Shown here piece after piece: positions 16,069 through 27,419 of a stretch of DNA of 64,000 nt. Below the pieces are notes generated by a model. It did no database searches. It was not told where the DNA came from and saw nothing but the letters and a program-made list of their open reading frames with translations. Each line of letters begins with the position of its first letter. The first letter of the stretch is position 1. The DNA is from Escherichia coli (GTDB taxonomy: Bacteria; Pseudomonadota; Gammaproteobacteria; Enterobacterales; Enterobacteriaceae): assembly GCF_041886205.1 (NCBI RefSeq), contig NZ_CP169029.1; one strand, 5' to 3'. A program made the translations under genes and the position numbers.

Positions 16069-16490
16069 CCTCGCGCATACAGCCGGGCAGTGACGTCATC
16101 GTCTGCGCGGAAATGGACGAACAGTGGGGCTATGTCGGGGCTAAATCGCGCCAGCGCTGGCTGTTTTACGCGTATGACAGGCTCCGGAAGACGGTTGTTG
16201 CGCACGTATTCGGTGAACGCACTATGGCGACGCTGGGGCGTCTTATGAGCCTGCTGTCACCCTTTGACGTGGTGATATGGATGACGGATGGCTGGCCGCT
16301 GTATGAATCCCGCCTGAAGGGAAAGCTGCACGTAATCAGCAAGCGATATACGCAGCGAATTGAGCGGCATAACCTGAATCTGAGACAGCACCTGGCACGG
16401 CTGGGACGGAAGTCGCTGTCGTTCTCAAAATCGGTGGAGCTGCATGACAAAGTCATCGGGCATTATCTGAACATAAAACACTATCAATAA
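15987..16490 (+). CDS. insB: IS1 InsB frame
   Basis: Identical 167-aa translation to copy A InsB. Confidence 0.95.
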
Positions 16491-16505
16491 GTTGGAGTCA
16501 TTACC

Positions 16506-16569
16506 CCGCTTCCTGTGCCGACAGGACCGGCACTCGTCCATTAATACGAGGTGGTTTTACAGGTTTCAT
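16506..16569 (-). pseudogene. ydiF: ydiF 5' remnant (first ~21 codons), truncated by IS1 copy B
   Basis: Reverse complement of 16506-16569 reads atg aaa cct gta aaa cca cct cgt att aat gga cga gtg ccg gtc ctg tcg gca cag gaa gcg = MKPVKPPRINGRVPVLSAQEA, matching the YdiF N-terminus from memory. Confidence 0.7.
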
Positions 16570-16714
16570 TGTTAATTCCTGATTCAGGTGTGATTTTCCC
16601 TACGCCAGATGGAGAATTAGCGCACAGAGACTCACGAAATATTTTTATTAAATACGGTTAACTATATTTTTTTTAGTTCGGCGGGGGAGGGTATTCCCGC
16701 CGAAATATTATTGC

Positions 16715-17473
16715 TTATGCCTGATGTAAAATAGTTAATACAGTGCGCAAATCATTTACCGAGATTTGCCCTGGTGCAGAGGCTTTTTTTACCGCACCAA
16801 AAGTTGCCGCCGAGCCAAATACTTCACCAGCCAGACGAGAAATTACGCCAGTTTTTGCCATCGACATCGTGATGATTGGACGATCGGCATACTGCTCCTG
16901 CATCTCCAGGGTCGCGGCAAGCAACGTCAGCACATCGCTGGTACTTTGCGGCATCAGCGCAATCTTAGGAATATCGGCGTCGAAGGACTGCATTTTGCGC
17001 AGACGGGCAATGATTTCTTCGGCTTCCGGCGTTTTATGGAAGTCATGGTTGGACATGACAACTTTCACATCATGCGCGTGGGCGTAGGCGACGGTTTCTT
17101 TAACCTGATCATCGCCGGTAAATAACTCCAGATCGATCATATCAACCAGGCCGCTGTCGATGGCTGCACGATTGAGAGCAATATAAGCCTCGGTGGAAAT
17201 CGCCTGCTCGCCGCCTTCTTTGGCACTGCGGAAGGTAAACAGCAGCGGTTTTTCTGGCATGGTTTCACGGAGAATTTTTGCCGCCGCCATGACAGACTCC
17301 ACATTGGAGAGGTCGGCAAAGTGGTCCACACGCCATTCCAGAATATCAAAGTCCGCTTCACGATAGGCGAGAGCTTCGGATTTCACGCGGGCGATATCTT
17401 TCGCCATCAGCGAGACGATGATTTTAGGTGCGCCCGTACCAATGACGAGATCTTTTACAGTTACGGTTTTCAT
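16715..17473 (-). CDS. aroD: 3-dehydroquinate dehydratase (type I)
   Basis: 252-aa [55 protein letters not shown]... Confidence 0.95.
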   Translation of the reverse strand: MKTVTVKDLVIGTGAPKIIVSLMAKDIARVKSEALAYREADFDILEWRVDHFADLSNVESVMAAAKILRETMPEKPLLFTFRSAKEGGEQAISTEAYIALNRAAIDSGLVDMIDLELFTGDDQVKETVAYAHAHDVKVVMSNHDFHKTPEAEEIIARLRKMQSFDADIPKIALMPQSTSDVLTLLAATLEMQEQYADRPIITMSMAKTGVISRLAGEVFGSAATFGAVKKASAPGQISVNDLRTVLTILHQA

Positions 17474-17503
17474 TTTTTACCCTTTCTGCACGCGGTCAGC
17501 CTG

Positions 17504-18370
17504 TCAGGCACCGAACCCCATGACCTGTTTAACATATTCCAGAGGGAAATCTTTGCCAGTCCATAACGTGAACTGTTCAGCCCCTTGCCACAACAACATG
17601 CCGTATCCATCAATCGTTTTGCAACCAGCTTGTTGCGCCTGCTGCAATAACTTCGTCATATGCGGGTTATACACGCATTCAGTGACCAGAAGTCCCGGAT
17701 GTAACAGACTGATATCATTAACTAATGATTCATTCTCAAGGGGTTTCATACCCACTTTTGTGCCATTGGTTAAAATGTCGGCGGAAGCCAGGGCTTCAGC
17801 AAAGGCTTGCTGATCGGCGAGATCGGTAACCGTGACGACACAATCGGTGTTTTCGTTAACCCGCTGCGCGAAGGCGAGGGCTTTATCGAAGAACTCATCC
17901 CGACGGTTAAAGAGTTTAATTTCTTTTAAACCTTCAATTGCCCCCTGCGCGCCAATCGCCGTTGAGGCACCTCCGGCCCCTAACAGCACCATTGTTTTGC
18001 CTTTGATATCAAAACCGCTCTCTTTAATGGCGCGAATATGGCCCGTGCCATCGGTGTTATAGCCGCGCAGGTAGCCATCATCATTAACGATGGTGTTGAT
18101 GGCACCCACCAGTTTGGCTGCCGGCGTTAATTCATCAACATATTCACACGCCAGTTGTTTGTTCGGCATTGATACACCAGTTCCGCGCATTTTTAGAGCT
18201 TTTAATCCTTCAATTGCTCCGGGAAAGCTATCGTTATCCACTTCGAAGGCCATATAGGTAAATGGCAATCCCGCTTTTTCTAAGGCTTTATTCTGCATTT
18301 CAGGCGATAAACTGTGGCGGATAGGATAAGCCATCAACCCAATCAATTCGTATTTTGCGGTAACATCCAT
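17504..18370 (-). CDS. ydiB: Quinate/shikimate dehydrogenase
   Basis: 288-aa ORF, shikimate-DH fold with GAGGA nucleotide motif ([12 protein letters not shown]). Confidence 0.9.
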
Positions 18371-18381
18371 AATTAACTCCT

Positions 18382-19647
18382 TTAACCTCTATGCTTAATT
18401 GTGTTTAACCGGGTGCTAAATTTGCGCTCGCCAAACCGCACATCATTCTCAGGAATAATAAAAACGCGGTAATAGCGGATAAAAACAATAATTGCGGTAA
18501 TCAGGGCCAGCAGCGCGAAAGTAAAATCGAGAACAATGATATATTGCAGGCCGATGTTCGACAGATAACCGGTAATCAGCGGAATAACAAAGTTAGCCAG
18601 TCCACCCATCATCATATAAATACTGGTGACTTTGGCTTTGCTTTTTGGGAAAAACTCTGACATGACCGAAACACCGAGCTGTAAAATGCCGCCAGCTGCT
18701 GAGAAACCGATAACAAAGGCGCCGGCATTACACACCAGTGGAGAAGGGTACAGGTAGATAATGGCTGCTGTTATTGTTGCCAGTGCAGAGTTAAATACAT
18801 TAGCCCAGATGGGCCGGACCATTTTTTTCAGTAGTGCGGCAAAAATAAAGACACAGACCAACGAGCCCATACTGTAATAAGAGATGGTTTTTAATGCCTC
18901 AGCTTCTGACATACCAGCAAAAGCCATCGCATATTTGGGCATCCACACCACAATCACATAAAAGGTCGAGAATGCGGCTACACCGAACAGTACCGATGAA
19001 ACACCTTCCAGCCAGACTAACGGTTTGCTGTTCATTTGCGGTAATTCATTAGCTACGCTGGCGTCCACCAACTGGCTGGGGAATTTGCTTTTCAACAGCA
19101 TCAGCGTGATCAGTACAAACAGAATACCCGGAATAATCAGCCCATAGCCGTACCAGATATTATTGAGCAACATATAGCTCACCAGCATTGGGTAGAACAT
19201 TTGCCCGAATGACACCATCGCTTTAACCAGTATGACCGCCGAACCAGAGGCTTTCGGAAAGCATTCCATGAGCGCGGGGTAGCCACCCGTATCCAGCGCT
19301 GAGTTAGCGATACCTACGCACACTGCCAGACCGTAGGCGAGAGTTAAATTCGGGCAAGCGGGAATACCAAAGAAGAATAGCAGATACATTATTACTGCCA
19401 TTAATATCACCGCCCGACGACCAAACTTATCGGAGATCACACCGAAGAATAAAATACTGATCAATCGCCCCAAACCGATACCGGAAATTAAGTAGGCAAT
19501 GCCCGCGTTGTCAGTGGAAAACTTTTCCGCCAGAGATGACATATTTTGGGCAAGCGTAATAACACTAATGCCGTGCAGGAAGTAGCTGAAGTAAATACAA
19601 AGAACAGCCAGGATAAATGGTGTGCTGAAAGCCTTATTTTGAGACAT
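18382..19647 (-). CDS. ydiN: MFS transporter YdiN
   Basis: 12-TM-like hydrophobic ORF; ORF track gives 19653 as the first Met, the start chosen here is the second Met. Confidence 0.8.
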
Positions 19648-19873
19648 TTTCACAGCTCCTTGCTGAAAGATTATTTCGTTACCGTACGTATTGTTCTCCG
19701 ACGGTTTACATAATTACTATACTGAAGATGATTATCCCTGGGTATATGGCATAAAGTTTATGTTTCCAGGAATATTGCATGTCATAGTTTGTTTTTGATC
19801 GCGATTTTCCTTAGTTAGCGCAGAAAGAGTTATTTATCCGTAAGATCTTGCATGACATGAAAAGAATATTGCA

Positions 19874-21088
19874 TTACCCACCCGAAGCGACATTTTCCTT
19901 TAGCGAGTGATGCCGCGTTTTTTTGCGGCTGCGTAAGCCGATAAACAGTGCCAGTAAAAAACCGATGGCAGCGATGGCGGTATCGAACCACATAATATCG
20001 GCAATACTTCTTTGGGACAGATGAGCCGTAATCAACGGAATAGTAAAGGTCGCAATACTGCCCGCACTGTAATAGATCCCTGTAGCTTTACCTTTAGCGT
20101 AAGGGAAACGTTCAGCCATTAACGTCAAGCCAATTTGCACAACACCTCCAGCAGAGGTAAAACCAATGACAAAAGCAAATATTATCACCACATAAAATGT
20201 GGGATGCAGGCAGACGGTAAACAGACCAATAAATGAGATAAAGGTGTACAGCATCAGTAATGTTGTTGGGCGAACGGTATTACGAATGAGTGGAGCGGTA
20301 ATAAATACACAAAGCAGCGAACCCACGGTGTAGATACTGAGTAGTTTGATCGACATAGTGTATGACATGCCTGTAACAAATTGTCCGTACTGTGCCAGCC
20401 ACTGGCTAACCAGATAAAACGTTGCCATTGAGATATAGCCATATAAGGTATAACTGGCTAAATCGATAATTGAACAGCGATGTTCCGTAGAGCTGGTGGT
20501 TTTCTTTATGACAGGTAAGCGACGACCCGGATGGGGTGGGAACGTACAACGGTATAAAAACAGAGCGTTAATAAACATAATGCCTGCAGCAATCATAAAA
20601 GACCAACCGAACCACAGTTCAGCCCACACTAACAGGCTAATGATTAGCGGTAATAAAAATTGTCCGCTGGAAACAAATGCTTTAATTAAAATATTGGCTG
20701 TCCCAGGTGAGCGTGGAAAAGCTTCCATCAAACTGGGATAAGTGCCTGCATCGAGAAAACTGTTTGCCATTCCCGCCAGAAAGCCAAAAACATAAGCGAT
20801 AATGATGTTATTGGTCTGCAGGATGCCAAAAAAGAAGGCCATATAGCAGCACATCCCGAGCATGATAAAAGGGCGGCGACCAAAGCGATCGGATAATAAT
20901 CCTGCAAAAAGCAAGACACTTAATCGACCAATGCCCAGCGATGAGATAACTATCGAGACGCCCGCGGCATTAGTCTGCCAAAGTGTCTCCAGCGAGGCCA
21001 TATTCAGGCTCATCAAAATGACGCCCATACCATGCACCAGGTAATTAAAATACAACCCAAGTGCGGTAGGGTAATAGGGATTTTTCAT
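19874..21088 (-). CDS. ydiM: MFS transporter YdiM
   Basis: 404-aa hydrophobic ORF, paralogous architecture to YdiN. Confidence 0.8.
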   Translation of the reverse strand: MKNPYYPTALGLYFNYLVHGMGVILMSLNMASLETLWQTNAAGVSIVISSLGIGRLSVLLFAGLLSDRFGRRPFIMLGMCCYMAFFFGILQTNNIIIAYVFGFLAGMANSFLDAGTYPSLMEAFPRSPGTANILIKAFVSSGQFLLPLIISLLVWAELWFGWSFMIAAGIMFINALFLYRCTFPPHPGRRLPVIKKTTSSTEHRCSIIDLASYTLYGYISMATFYLVSQWLAQYGQFVTGMSYTMSIKLLSIYTVGSLLCVFITAPLIRNTVRPTTLLMLYTFISFIGLFTVCLHPTFYVVIIFAFVIGFTSAGGVVQIGLTLMAERFPYAKGKATGIYYSAGSIATFTIPLITAHLSQRSIADIMWFDTAIAAIGFLLALFIGLRSRKKTRHHSLKENVASGG

Positions 21089-21187
21089 AGGTTCTACTTA
21101 GCAAAGGTGCTTTAAAAAGTGTAGCGATGTTGTGTCAGTATCCATTCATTATTGTTGTAACAACGACAATTCCTTTCTGTGGAAAAA

Positions 21188-21544
21188 TTAACAAAGCCGC
21201 TCCAGATCGTGTGCATATAATTCAGCGGCTACCGATTGATAGATCTTCCAGTCAATAAAATTGCCATCAGGGTAGACTCGTTGAAATGCGGTTAAGTCGG
21301 GGAAAAAACGCATGGTGTTGTTGCCGATGCGGTTATTTATTTTCTCTATGATGGCATGAAGATGTTTTTTTCTTTGCTGACGCATAGCCAACAGTTGCTC
21401 GACTACACGATCAGGAATGGCACACTTGCCATTTTCCCATTGACGCCAGCTTTCACTGTCACCGGTCTGGGCAATCCAGGTCGCGCATTCATCAATAGTC
21501 ATGGCAAAAATATGGCGGAGTGCCTGGAGTTCATAAGCGTTCAT
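21188..21544 (-). CDS. ydiL: Uncharacterised protein YdiL (DUF1870-like)
   Basis: ORF MNAYELQALRHIFAMTIDECATWIAQTGDSESWRQWENGKCAIPDRVVEQLLAMRQQRKK...; start chosen at the internal Met (118 aa), the alternative start at 21571 gives 127 aa. Confidence 0.7.
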   Translation of the reverse strand: MNAYELQALRHIFAMTIDECATWIAQTGDSESWRQWENGKCAIPDRVVEQLLAMRQQRKKHLHAIIEKINNRIGNNTMRFFPDLTAFQRVYPDGNFIDWKIYQSVAAELYAHDLERLC

Positions 21545-21682
21545 CGTGTAATGGCTGCATGAAATAAACAATAAAATATAAATAACATTATCAGCCTGCT
21601 GACGGCTTGAAGAGAGTCACAGTATCTTGTGCAACATTATTGGAAAGAGTGAGGGGCGAGGTAGCGAAGTGGAAAAATGTTA

Positions 21683-21787
21683 AAAAAAAGCCCATCGTGG
21701 GAGATGGGCAAAGACTACACACAGCAATTCGTTGTTTCACTCAGGGGATTTCCATGCTTATAAATCAATATGTTGATTTATAACCGT
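21683..21787 (-). ncRNA. rprA: RprA small RNA (RpoS translational activator)
   Basis: Reverse complement reads ACGGTTATAAATCAACATATTGATTTATAAGCATGGAAATCCCCTGAGTGAAACAACGAATTGCTGTGTGTAGTCTTTGCCCATCTCCCACGATGGGCTTTTTTT, recognised as RprA with its terminator; lies between ydiL and ydiK as in K-12. Confidence 0.8.
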
Positions 21788-21972
21788 GAGCTAATAGTAG
21801 GCATACGGACTTTTTGCGTCGATCAGATTCGTCTCATTAGTTTAAAAACTGTAAAGAATTTGCGACAGGTACTACCAGCTGAATGGCGGTAAGCAGGAAA
21901 ATATGGGGAAGAGCAAGCAAATATCAATTAGCGGGGGTTAACAATCAGGCGGCAGAGCCGCCTGATGAGAAA

Positions 21973-23085
21973 TTACTTATTCGGTTTCTCGATTTCGCCA
22001 AGTTCTTCGAGAATTTCTTCCGGTTGGTCCGTCGGCGGCGGGACTTCTTCCACCCACGCGGCAAACAGACGCCAGGAAACGGCTAACAGAACCGGACCAA
22101 TAAACAGACCGATCATCCCGAAAGCAATCAAACCACCAATAACACCAGAGAGGATCAGGATCAGCGGTAAATCGGCACCCATGCGAATTAACATTGGGCG
22201 GATGACGTTATCCAGCGTGCCAACCACACCGCTCCACACTAACAATACCGTTCCCCAGGTGGTATCGCCAGTCCAGTAGAGCCAGATAATCGCCGGAATC
22301 AGTACCGGCAACGGGCCAAGCTGGACAAGGCAGGAGAGGATCATTAACACCGTTAGCAACGTTGCATAAGGTACGCCGGATACGGCGAGGCCGATACCGC
22401 CAAGCACTGCCTGTACTAACGCCGTCACCACCACACCCAGCGCCACCGCGCGGATAGCCTGTGCCGCCAGCAGCACGGCGGCATCTCCGCGAACGCCTGC
22501 CAGACGGGTTGCAAAATGGCGAATGCCTTGTGCCACCTGTTCACCGCGCCAGTACAGCAGGGCACTGAAGAGAAGCATCAGCGCACAATGCACCATAAAG
22601 CGCCCGATATGCGCCGCCTGCCCAACGAACCAGGTGGTGGTGGTGCCAATATAAGGGCGGACTTTCGCCATGATCGCCGTCCCCCCCATATCCAGCAAGT
22701 TGTGCCAGCCTGCATACAGCTTCGCGCCAATCACCGGAATGGTATTAAGCCACGCCAGATCGGGTAACGTCATGTCACCGCTGGAAATGGCTTTAATTAG
22801 CGGGCCGCTGCCGTCGACGATACTGTTAACCAGCAAAGCAATAGGGATGATAAACACCATCACTAATAACAGCGTCATCACCAGAACGGCGAGAGAGCGG
22901 CGACCAAACATGATCTTTTGCAAACGTAACAATACCGGCCAGGTGGCGATAACCACCGTACCGGCCCATGCAAAGCCGAGAATAAAGGGTTGAACAATCC
23001 ACAGACATGCCACAATCATGATGGCTAAAAACAGCACCGAAAGCAGAATTTGTGCGACATCCCTGGGCTGACGAACATTTACCAT
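21973..23085 (-). CDS. ydiK: AI-2E/UPF0118-family membrane transporter YdiK
   Basis: 370-aa polytopic membrane ORF. Confidence 0.85.
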   Translation of the reverse strand: MVNVRQPRDVAQILLSVLFLAIMIVACLWIVQPFILGFAWAGTVVIATWPVLLRLQKIMFGRRSLAVLVMTLLLVMVFIIPIALLVNSIVDGSGPLIKAISSGDMTLPDLAWLNTIPVIGAKLYAGWHNLLDMGGTAIMAKVRPYIGTTTTWFVGQAAHIGRFMVHCALMLLFSALLYWRGEQVAQGIRHFATRLAGVRGDAAVLLAAQAIRAVALGVVVTALVQAVLGGIGLAVSGVPYATLLTVLMILSCLVQLGPLPVLIPAIIWLYWTGDTTWGTVLLVWSGVVGTLDNVIRPMLIRMGADLPLILILSGVIGGLIAFGMIGLFIGPVLLAVSWRLFAAWVEEVPPPTDQPEEILEELGEIEKPNK

Positions 23086-23473
23086 AACTACTTTTCACCT
23101 TTTTTGTGCGTCAAATCGTCGACGCGACGTGAACACGCGAAACTCACCTGCATAATGATGAGCAATTTCAGCGGTTTTTAACAGGCCGATTCTGCCCTTA
23201 ATTCTGATGGGCGTGTTAGAAAAAAATGTGGTACAACAACTCAGGCAACACGCAAACGATTTACTCGTCGTATTTCAAGTTGCATGTGCTGCGGCTACGT
23301 TCGTTCACCCCAGTCACTTACTATTGTAAGCTCCTGGAGTTCACTCGCTTGCCGCCTTCCTGCAACACGAAATCCATAGAGTAAACAAACATCACCTTTC
23401 AGTGCGCTATTGCAGCAGCCTGAAAGAATAGTGTATCGACCTACATCACAGACCGCAGGAAAGGGTCAATATA

Positions 23474-26400
23474 ATGATTCCACAGATTTCCCAGGCACCC
23501 GGCGTCGTTCAACTGGTGCTTAATTTTTTGCAAGAGCTGGAGCAACAAGGTTTTACCGGCGATACGGCGACAAGTTATGCCGATCGTCTGACAATGTCGA
23601 CCGACAACAGTATTTACCAACTTCTCCCCGATGCGGTGGTATTTCCGCGTTCAACCGCAGATGTGGCGCTGATCGCCCGTCTTGCCGCGCAGGAACGCTA
23701 TTCATCGCTGATCTTTACCCCCCGCGGCGGCGGCACCGGCACTAACGGTCAGGCGCTCAACCAGGGGATTATTGTTGATATGTCCCGCCATATGAACCGC
23801 ATCATCGAAATTAACCCTGAAGAGGGCTGGGTGCGCGTTGAGGCCGGGGTGATAAAAGATCAACTCAATCAGTACCTGAAACCGTTCGGCTACTTTTTTG
23901 CGCCGGAACTTTCGACCAGCAACCGGGCAACGCTCGGTGGGATGATCAATACCGATGCATCCGGTCAGGGATCGCTGGTCTATGGCAAAACGTCAGATCA
24001 CGTACTTGGCGTACGCGCGGTGTTGTTGGGGGGCGATATTCTCGATACGCAACCTTTACCCGTCGAATTGGCGGAAACGCTGGGTAAATCCAATACCACA
24101 ATCGGGCGAATTTATAACACGGTTTATCAACGTTGCCGTCAGCAACGCCAGTTAATTATCGACAACTTCCCCAAACTTAACCGCTTTCTTACCGGTTACG
24201 ATCTGCGTCATGTCTTTAACGATGAGATGACCGAGTTCGACCTGACGCGCATTCTGACGGGTTCAGAAGGGACGCTGGCCTTTATTACCGAAGCGCGGCT
24301 GGATATTACACGCTTGCCTAAAGTGCGCCGTCTGGTGAACGTCAAATATGACTCTTTTGACTCTGCGCTGCGTAACGCGCCGTTTATGGTTGAGGCGCGG
24401 GCGCTTTCGGTAGAGACGGTGGACTCAAAAGTGCTGAATCTGGCGCGGGAAGATATTGTCTGGCATTCCGTCAGCGAGTTGATTACCGATGTGCCTGACC
24501 AAGAGATGCTCGGGCTGAACATTGTGGAATTTGCTGGTGATGATGAGGCGCTGATTGATGAGCGGGTAAATGCACTCTGTGCGCGGTTGGATGAGCTGAT
24601 CGCCAGTCATCAAGCAGGTGTCATCGGCTGGCAGGTGTGCCGTGAGCTGGCGGGGGTTGAACGTATCTATGCAATGCGCAAAAAAGCCGTTGGTCTGCTT
24701 GGCAATGCCAAAGGTGCCGCTAAGCCAATTCCGTTTGCTGAGGATACCTGCGTACCGCCGGAACACCTGGCGGATTATATTGCTGAATTTCGCGCGCTGC
24801 TCGACAGCCACGGCTTAAGCTACGGTATGTTCGGTCACGTCGACGCAGGTGTCTTGCACGTCCGTCCAGCGCTGGATATGTGCGATCCTCAACAAGAGAT
24901 TTTGATGAAGCAAATCTCTGATGACGTGGTGGCGCTGACTGCGAAATACGGTGGTTTGTTGTGGGGCGAGCACGGCAAAGGTTTTCGCGCTGAATACAGC
25001 CCGGCGTTTTTCGGTGAGGAACTTTTTGCAGAACTGCGCAAAGTGAAAGCGGCATTTGACCCGCATAACCGACTCAACCCAGGGAAGATTTGCCCGCCAG
25101 AAGGTCTCGATGCGCCGATGATGAAAGTGGACGCGGTGAAGCGCGGTACATTCGATCGGCAGATCCCCATTGCGGTACGCCAGCAGTGGCGCGGTGCGAT
25201 GGAGTGTAACGGCAACGGTTTATGCTTCAACTTTGATGCCCGTAGTCCGATGTGTCCGTCGATGAAGATCACCCAGAACCGGATTCATTCACCGAAAGGG
25301 CGCGCAACGCTGGTGCGTGAATGGCTGCGTTTGTTGGCGGATCGCGGCGTTGATCCACTCAAACTGGAACAAGAACTGCCTGAATCCGGCGTCAGTTTGC
25401 GGACGTTAATTGCCCGCACGCGCAATAGCTGGCATGCGAATAAAGGCGAATATGACTTCTCACACGAAGTCAAAGAGGCGATGTCGGGCTGTCTGGCCTG
25501 TAAAGCGTGTTCGACCCAGTGCCCCATCAAAATTGATGTGCCGGAGTTTCGCTCTCGTTTTCTGCAGCTCTATCACACCCGTTATTTACGCCCGCTGCGC
25601 GACCACCTCGTCGCTACGGTCGAGAGCTACGCGCCGCTGATGGCACGCGCGCCGAAAACCTTTAACTTCTTCATTAACCAGCCGCTGGTGCGCAAACTCT
25701 CGGAAAAACATATCGGCATGGTTGATTTGCCGCTGCTGTCGGTCCCCTCGCTACAACAACAAATGGTGGGGCATCGCTCGGCAAACATGACGCTGGAACA
25801 GCTTGAATCTCTCAATGCAGAGCAGAAAGCGCGCACAGTGTTGGTGGTGCAGGACCCCTTTACCAGCTATTACGATGCGCAAGTGGTGGCGGATTTTGTC
25901 CGTCTGGTCGAAAAATTAGGTTTCCAGCCTGTGTTACTGCCATTTTCGCCAAATGGCAAAGCCCAGCATATTAAAGGTTTTCTTAATCGTTTTGCGAAGA
26001 CGGCGAAAAAGACGGCGGATTTCCTCAACCGTATGGCGAAGCTGGGTATGCCAATGGTGGGCGTCGATCCGGCGCTGGTACTTTGTTATCGCGATGAATA
26101 TAAACTGGCGCTGGGCGAGGAGCGTGGCGAGTTTAACGTCTTACTGGCGAATGAATGGCTGGCAAGCGCACTTGAGTCACAGCCAGTGGCTACAGTCAGC
26201 GGTGAATCATGGTATTTCTTTGGTCACTGTACCGAAGTTACCGCCTTGCCGGGTGCGCCAGCACAATGGGCCGCGATATTTGCCCGTTTTGGCGCGAAAC
26301 TGGAAAATGTCAGCGTGGGTTGCTGCGGCATGGCAGGGACTTACGGACATGAAGCGAAAAACCATGAAAATTCGCTCGGGATCTATGAGTTATCCTGGCA

Positions 26401-26530
26401 TCAGGCTATGCAGCGACTGCCGCGTAACCGCTGTCTGGCGACCGGATATTCCTGCCGTAGCCAGGTAAAACGGGTTGAAGGCACGGGGGTACGCCATCCT
26501 GTGCAGGCTTTACTGGAGATTATTAAATGA
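23474..26530 (+). CDS. ydiJ: FAD-linked oxidoreductase with C-terminal Fe-S/cysteine-rich domain, YdiJ
   Basis: 1018-aa ORF; FAD-binding PCMH-type N-domain, cysteine clusters (CxxCxxC...CP) in the C-terminal half. Confidence 0.88.
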   Translation: MIPQISQAPGVVQLVLNFLQELEQQGFTGDTATSYADRLTMSTDNSIYQLLPDAVVFPRSTADVALIARLAAQERYSSLIFTPRGGGTGTNGQALNQGIIVDMSRHMNRIIEINPEEGWVRVEAGVIKDQLNQYLKPFGYFFAPELSTSNRATLGGMINTDASGQGSLVYGKTSDHVLGVRAVLLGGDILDTQPLPVELAETLGKSNTTIGRIYNTVYQRCRQQRQLIIDNFPKLNRFLTGYDLRHVFNDEMTEFDLTRILTGSEGTLAFITEARLDITRLPKVRRLVNVKYDSFDSALRNAPFMVEARALSVETVDSKVLNLAREDIVWHSVSELITDVPDQEMLGLNIVEFAGDDEALIDERVNALCARLDELIASHQAGVIGWQVCRELAGVERIYAMRKKAVGLLGNAKGAAKPIPFAEDTCVPPEHLADYIAEFRALLDSHGLSYGMFGHVDAGVLHVRPALDMCDPQQEILMKQISDDVVALTAKYGGLLWGEHGKGFRAEYSPAFFGEELFAELRKVKAAFDPHNRLNPGKICPPEGLDAPMMKVDAVKRGTFDRQIPIAVRQQWRGAMECNGNGLCFNFDARSPMCPSMKITQNRIHSPKGRATLVREWLRLLADRGVDPLKLEQELPESGVSLRTLIARTRNSWHANKGEYDFSHEVKEAMSGCLACKACSTQCPIKIDVPEFRSRFLQLYHTRYLRPLRDHLVATVESYAPLMARAPKTFNFFINQPLVRKLSEKHIGMVDLPLLSVPSLQQQMVGHRSANMTLEQLESLNAEQKARTVLVVQDPFTSYYDAQVVADFVRLVEKLGFQPVLLPFSPNGKAQHIKGFLNRFAKTAKKTADFLNRMAKLGMPMVGVDPALVLCYRDEYKLALGEERGEFNVLLANEWLASALESQPVATVSGESWYFFGHCTEVTALPGAPAQWAAIFARFGAKLENVSVGCCGMAGTYGHEAKNHENSLGIYELSWHQAMQRLPRNRCLATGYSCRSQVKRVEGTGVRHPVQALLEIIK

Positions 26531-26937
26531 TATGGAAACGGAAAATCACCCTGGAAGCACTGAATGCTATGGGTGAAGGAAACATGGTGGGGTTCCTGGA
26601 TATTCGCTTTGAACATATTGGTGATGACACCCTTGAAGCGACAATGCCAGTAGACTCGCGGACAAAGCAGCCTTTCGGGTTGCTGCATGGAGGAGCATCC
26701 GTGGTACTGGCCGAAAGTATCGGTTCCGTTGCCGGTTATTTATGTACCGAAGGTGAGCAAAAAGTGGTTGGTCTGGAAATCAATGCTAACCACGTCCGCT
26801 CGGCACGAGAAGGGCGGGTGCGCGGCGTATGCAAACCGTTGCATCTCGGTTCGCGTCACCAGGTCTGGCAGATTGAAATCTTCGATGAGAAAGGGCGTTT
26901 GTGCTGTTCGTCACGATTGACGACCGCCATTTTGTGA
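26527..26937 (+). CDS. menI: Hotdog-fold thioesterase (1,4-dihydroxy-2-naphthoyl-CoA hydrolase)
   Basis: 136-aa ORF overlapping ydiJ stop by 4 bp; PaaI-type thioesterase signature (LHGGASVVLAESIGS). Confidence 0.85.
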   Translation: MIWKRKITLEALNAMGEGNMVGFLDIRFEHIGDDTLEATMPVDSRTKQPFGLLHGGASVVLAESIGSVAGYLCTEGEQKVVGLEINANHVRSAREGRVRGVCKPLHLGSRHQVWQIEIFDEKGRLCCSSRLTTAIL

Positions 26938-27036
26938 CGTTGTCACCAGAAAAGTGTGACGCATATTGCTTTTGGTCATTATCTGCACAGTAAACGGTGG
27001 TATACTGTGCAGGTCTTGTCTAAAAGCGAGGATGCT

Positions 27037-27225
27037 ATGTCTACTCAACTTGATCCCACCCAGCTGGCCATTGAATTTTTACGCCGTGACCAGAGCAATC
27101 TTTCACCTGCCCAATATCTCAAACGTCTGAAACAACTAGAACTTGAATTTGCTGACCTGCTTACTCTCTCTTCTGCTGAATTAAAAGAAGAAATCTACTT
27201 TGCCTGGCGTCTGGGCGTGCATTGA
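27037..27225 (+). CDS. ydiH: Small protein YdiH (62 aa)
   Basis: MSTQLDPTQLAIEFLRRDQSNLSPAQYLKRLKQLELEFADLLTLSSAELKEEIYFAWRLGVH, from the internal Met of ORF 26956..27225. Confidence 0.65.
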   Translation: MSTQLDPTQLAIEFLRRDQSNLSPAQYLKRLKQLELEFADLLTLSSAELKEEIYFAWRLGVH

Positions 27226-27419
27226 TCCTGACTTAATGCCGCAAGTTCGCCAAATCGACCTGGATTAACCTCCGTCCAGGTTCGATGACCTTCTTAATAC
27301 TGCTTATCTACCGCCTGATATTGTTCAAAAATAATACTAATCGCAGTTTGTGTTAAAACGGCGGGTTAGCTTTATGAGATTATTCTTATCGCCCCTTCAA
27401 GAGCTAAGCCACTGAGAGT

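Larger units (their letters stand above)
15738..16505 (+). mobile_element. IS1 (768 bp), copy B, inverted relative to copy A; no target duplication (deletion junction)
   Basis: Starts GGTGATGCTGCCAACTTACTGAT, ends GTTGGAGTCATTACC; encoded InsA/InsB identical to copy A; flanking 9-mers differ (ccgataaga vs ccgcttcct). Confidence 0.95.
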
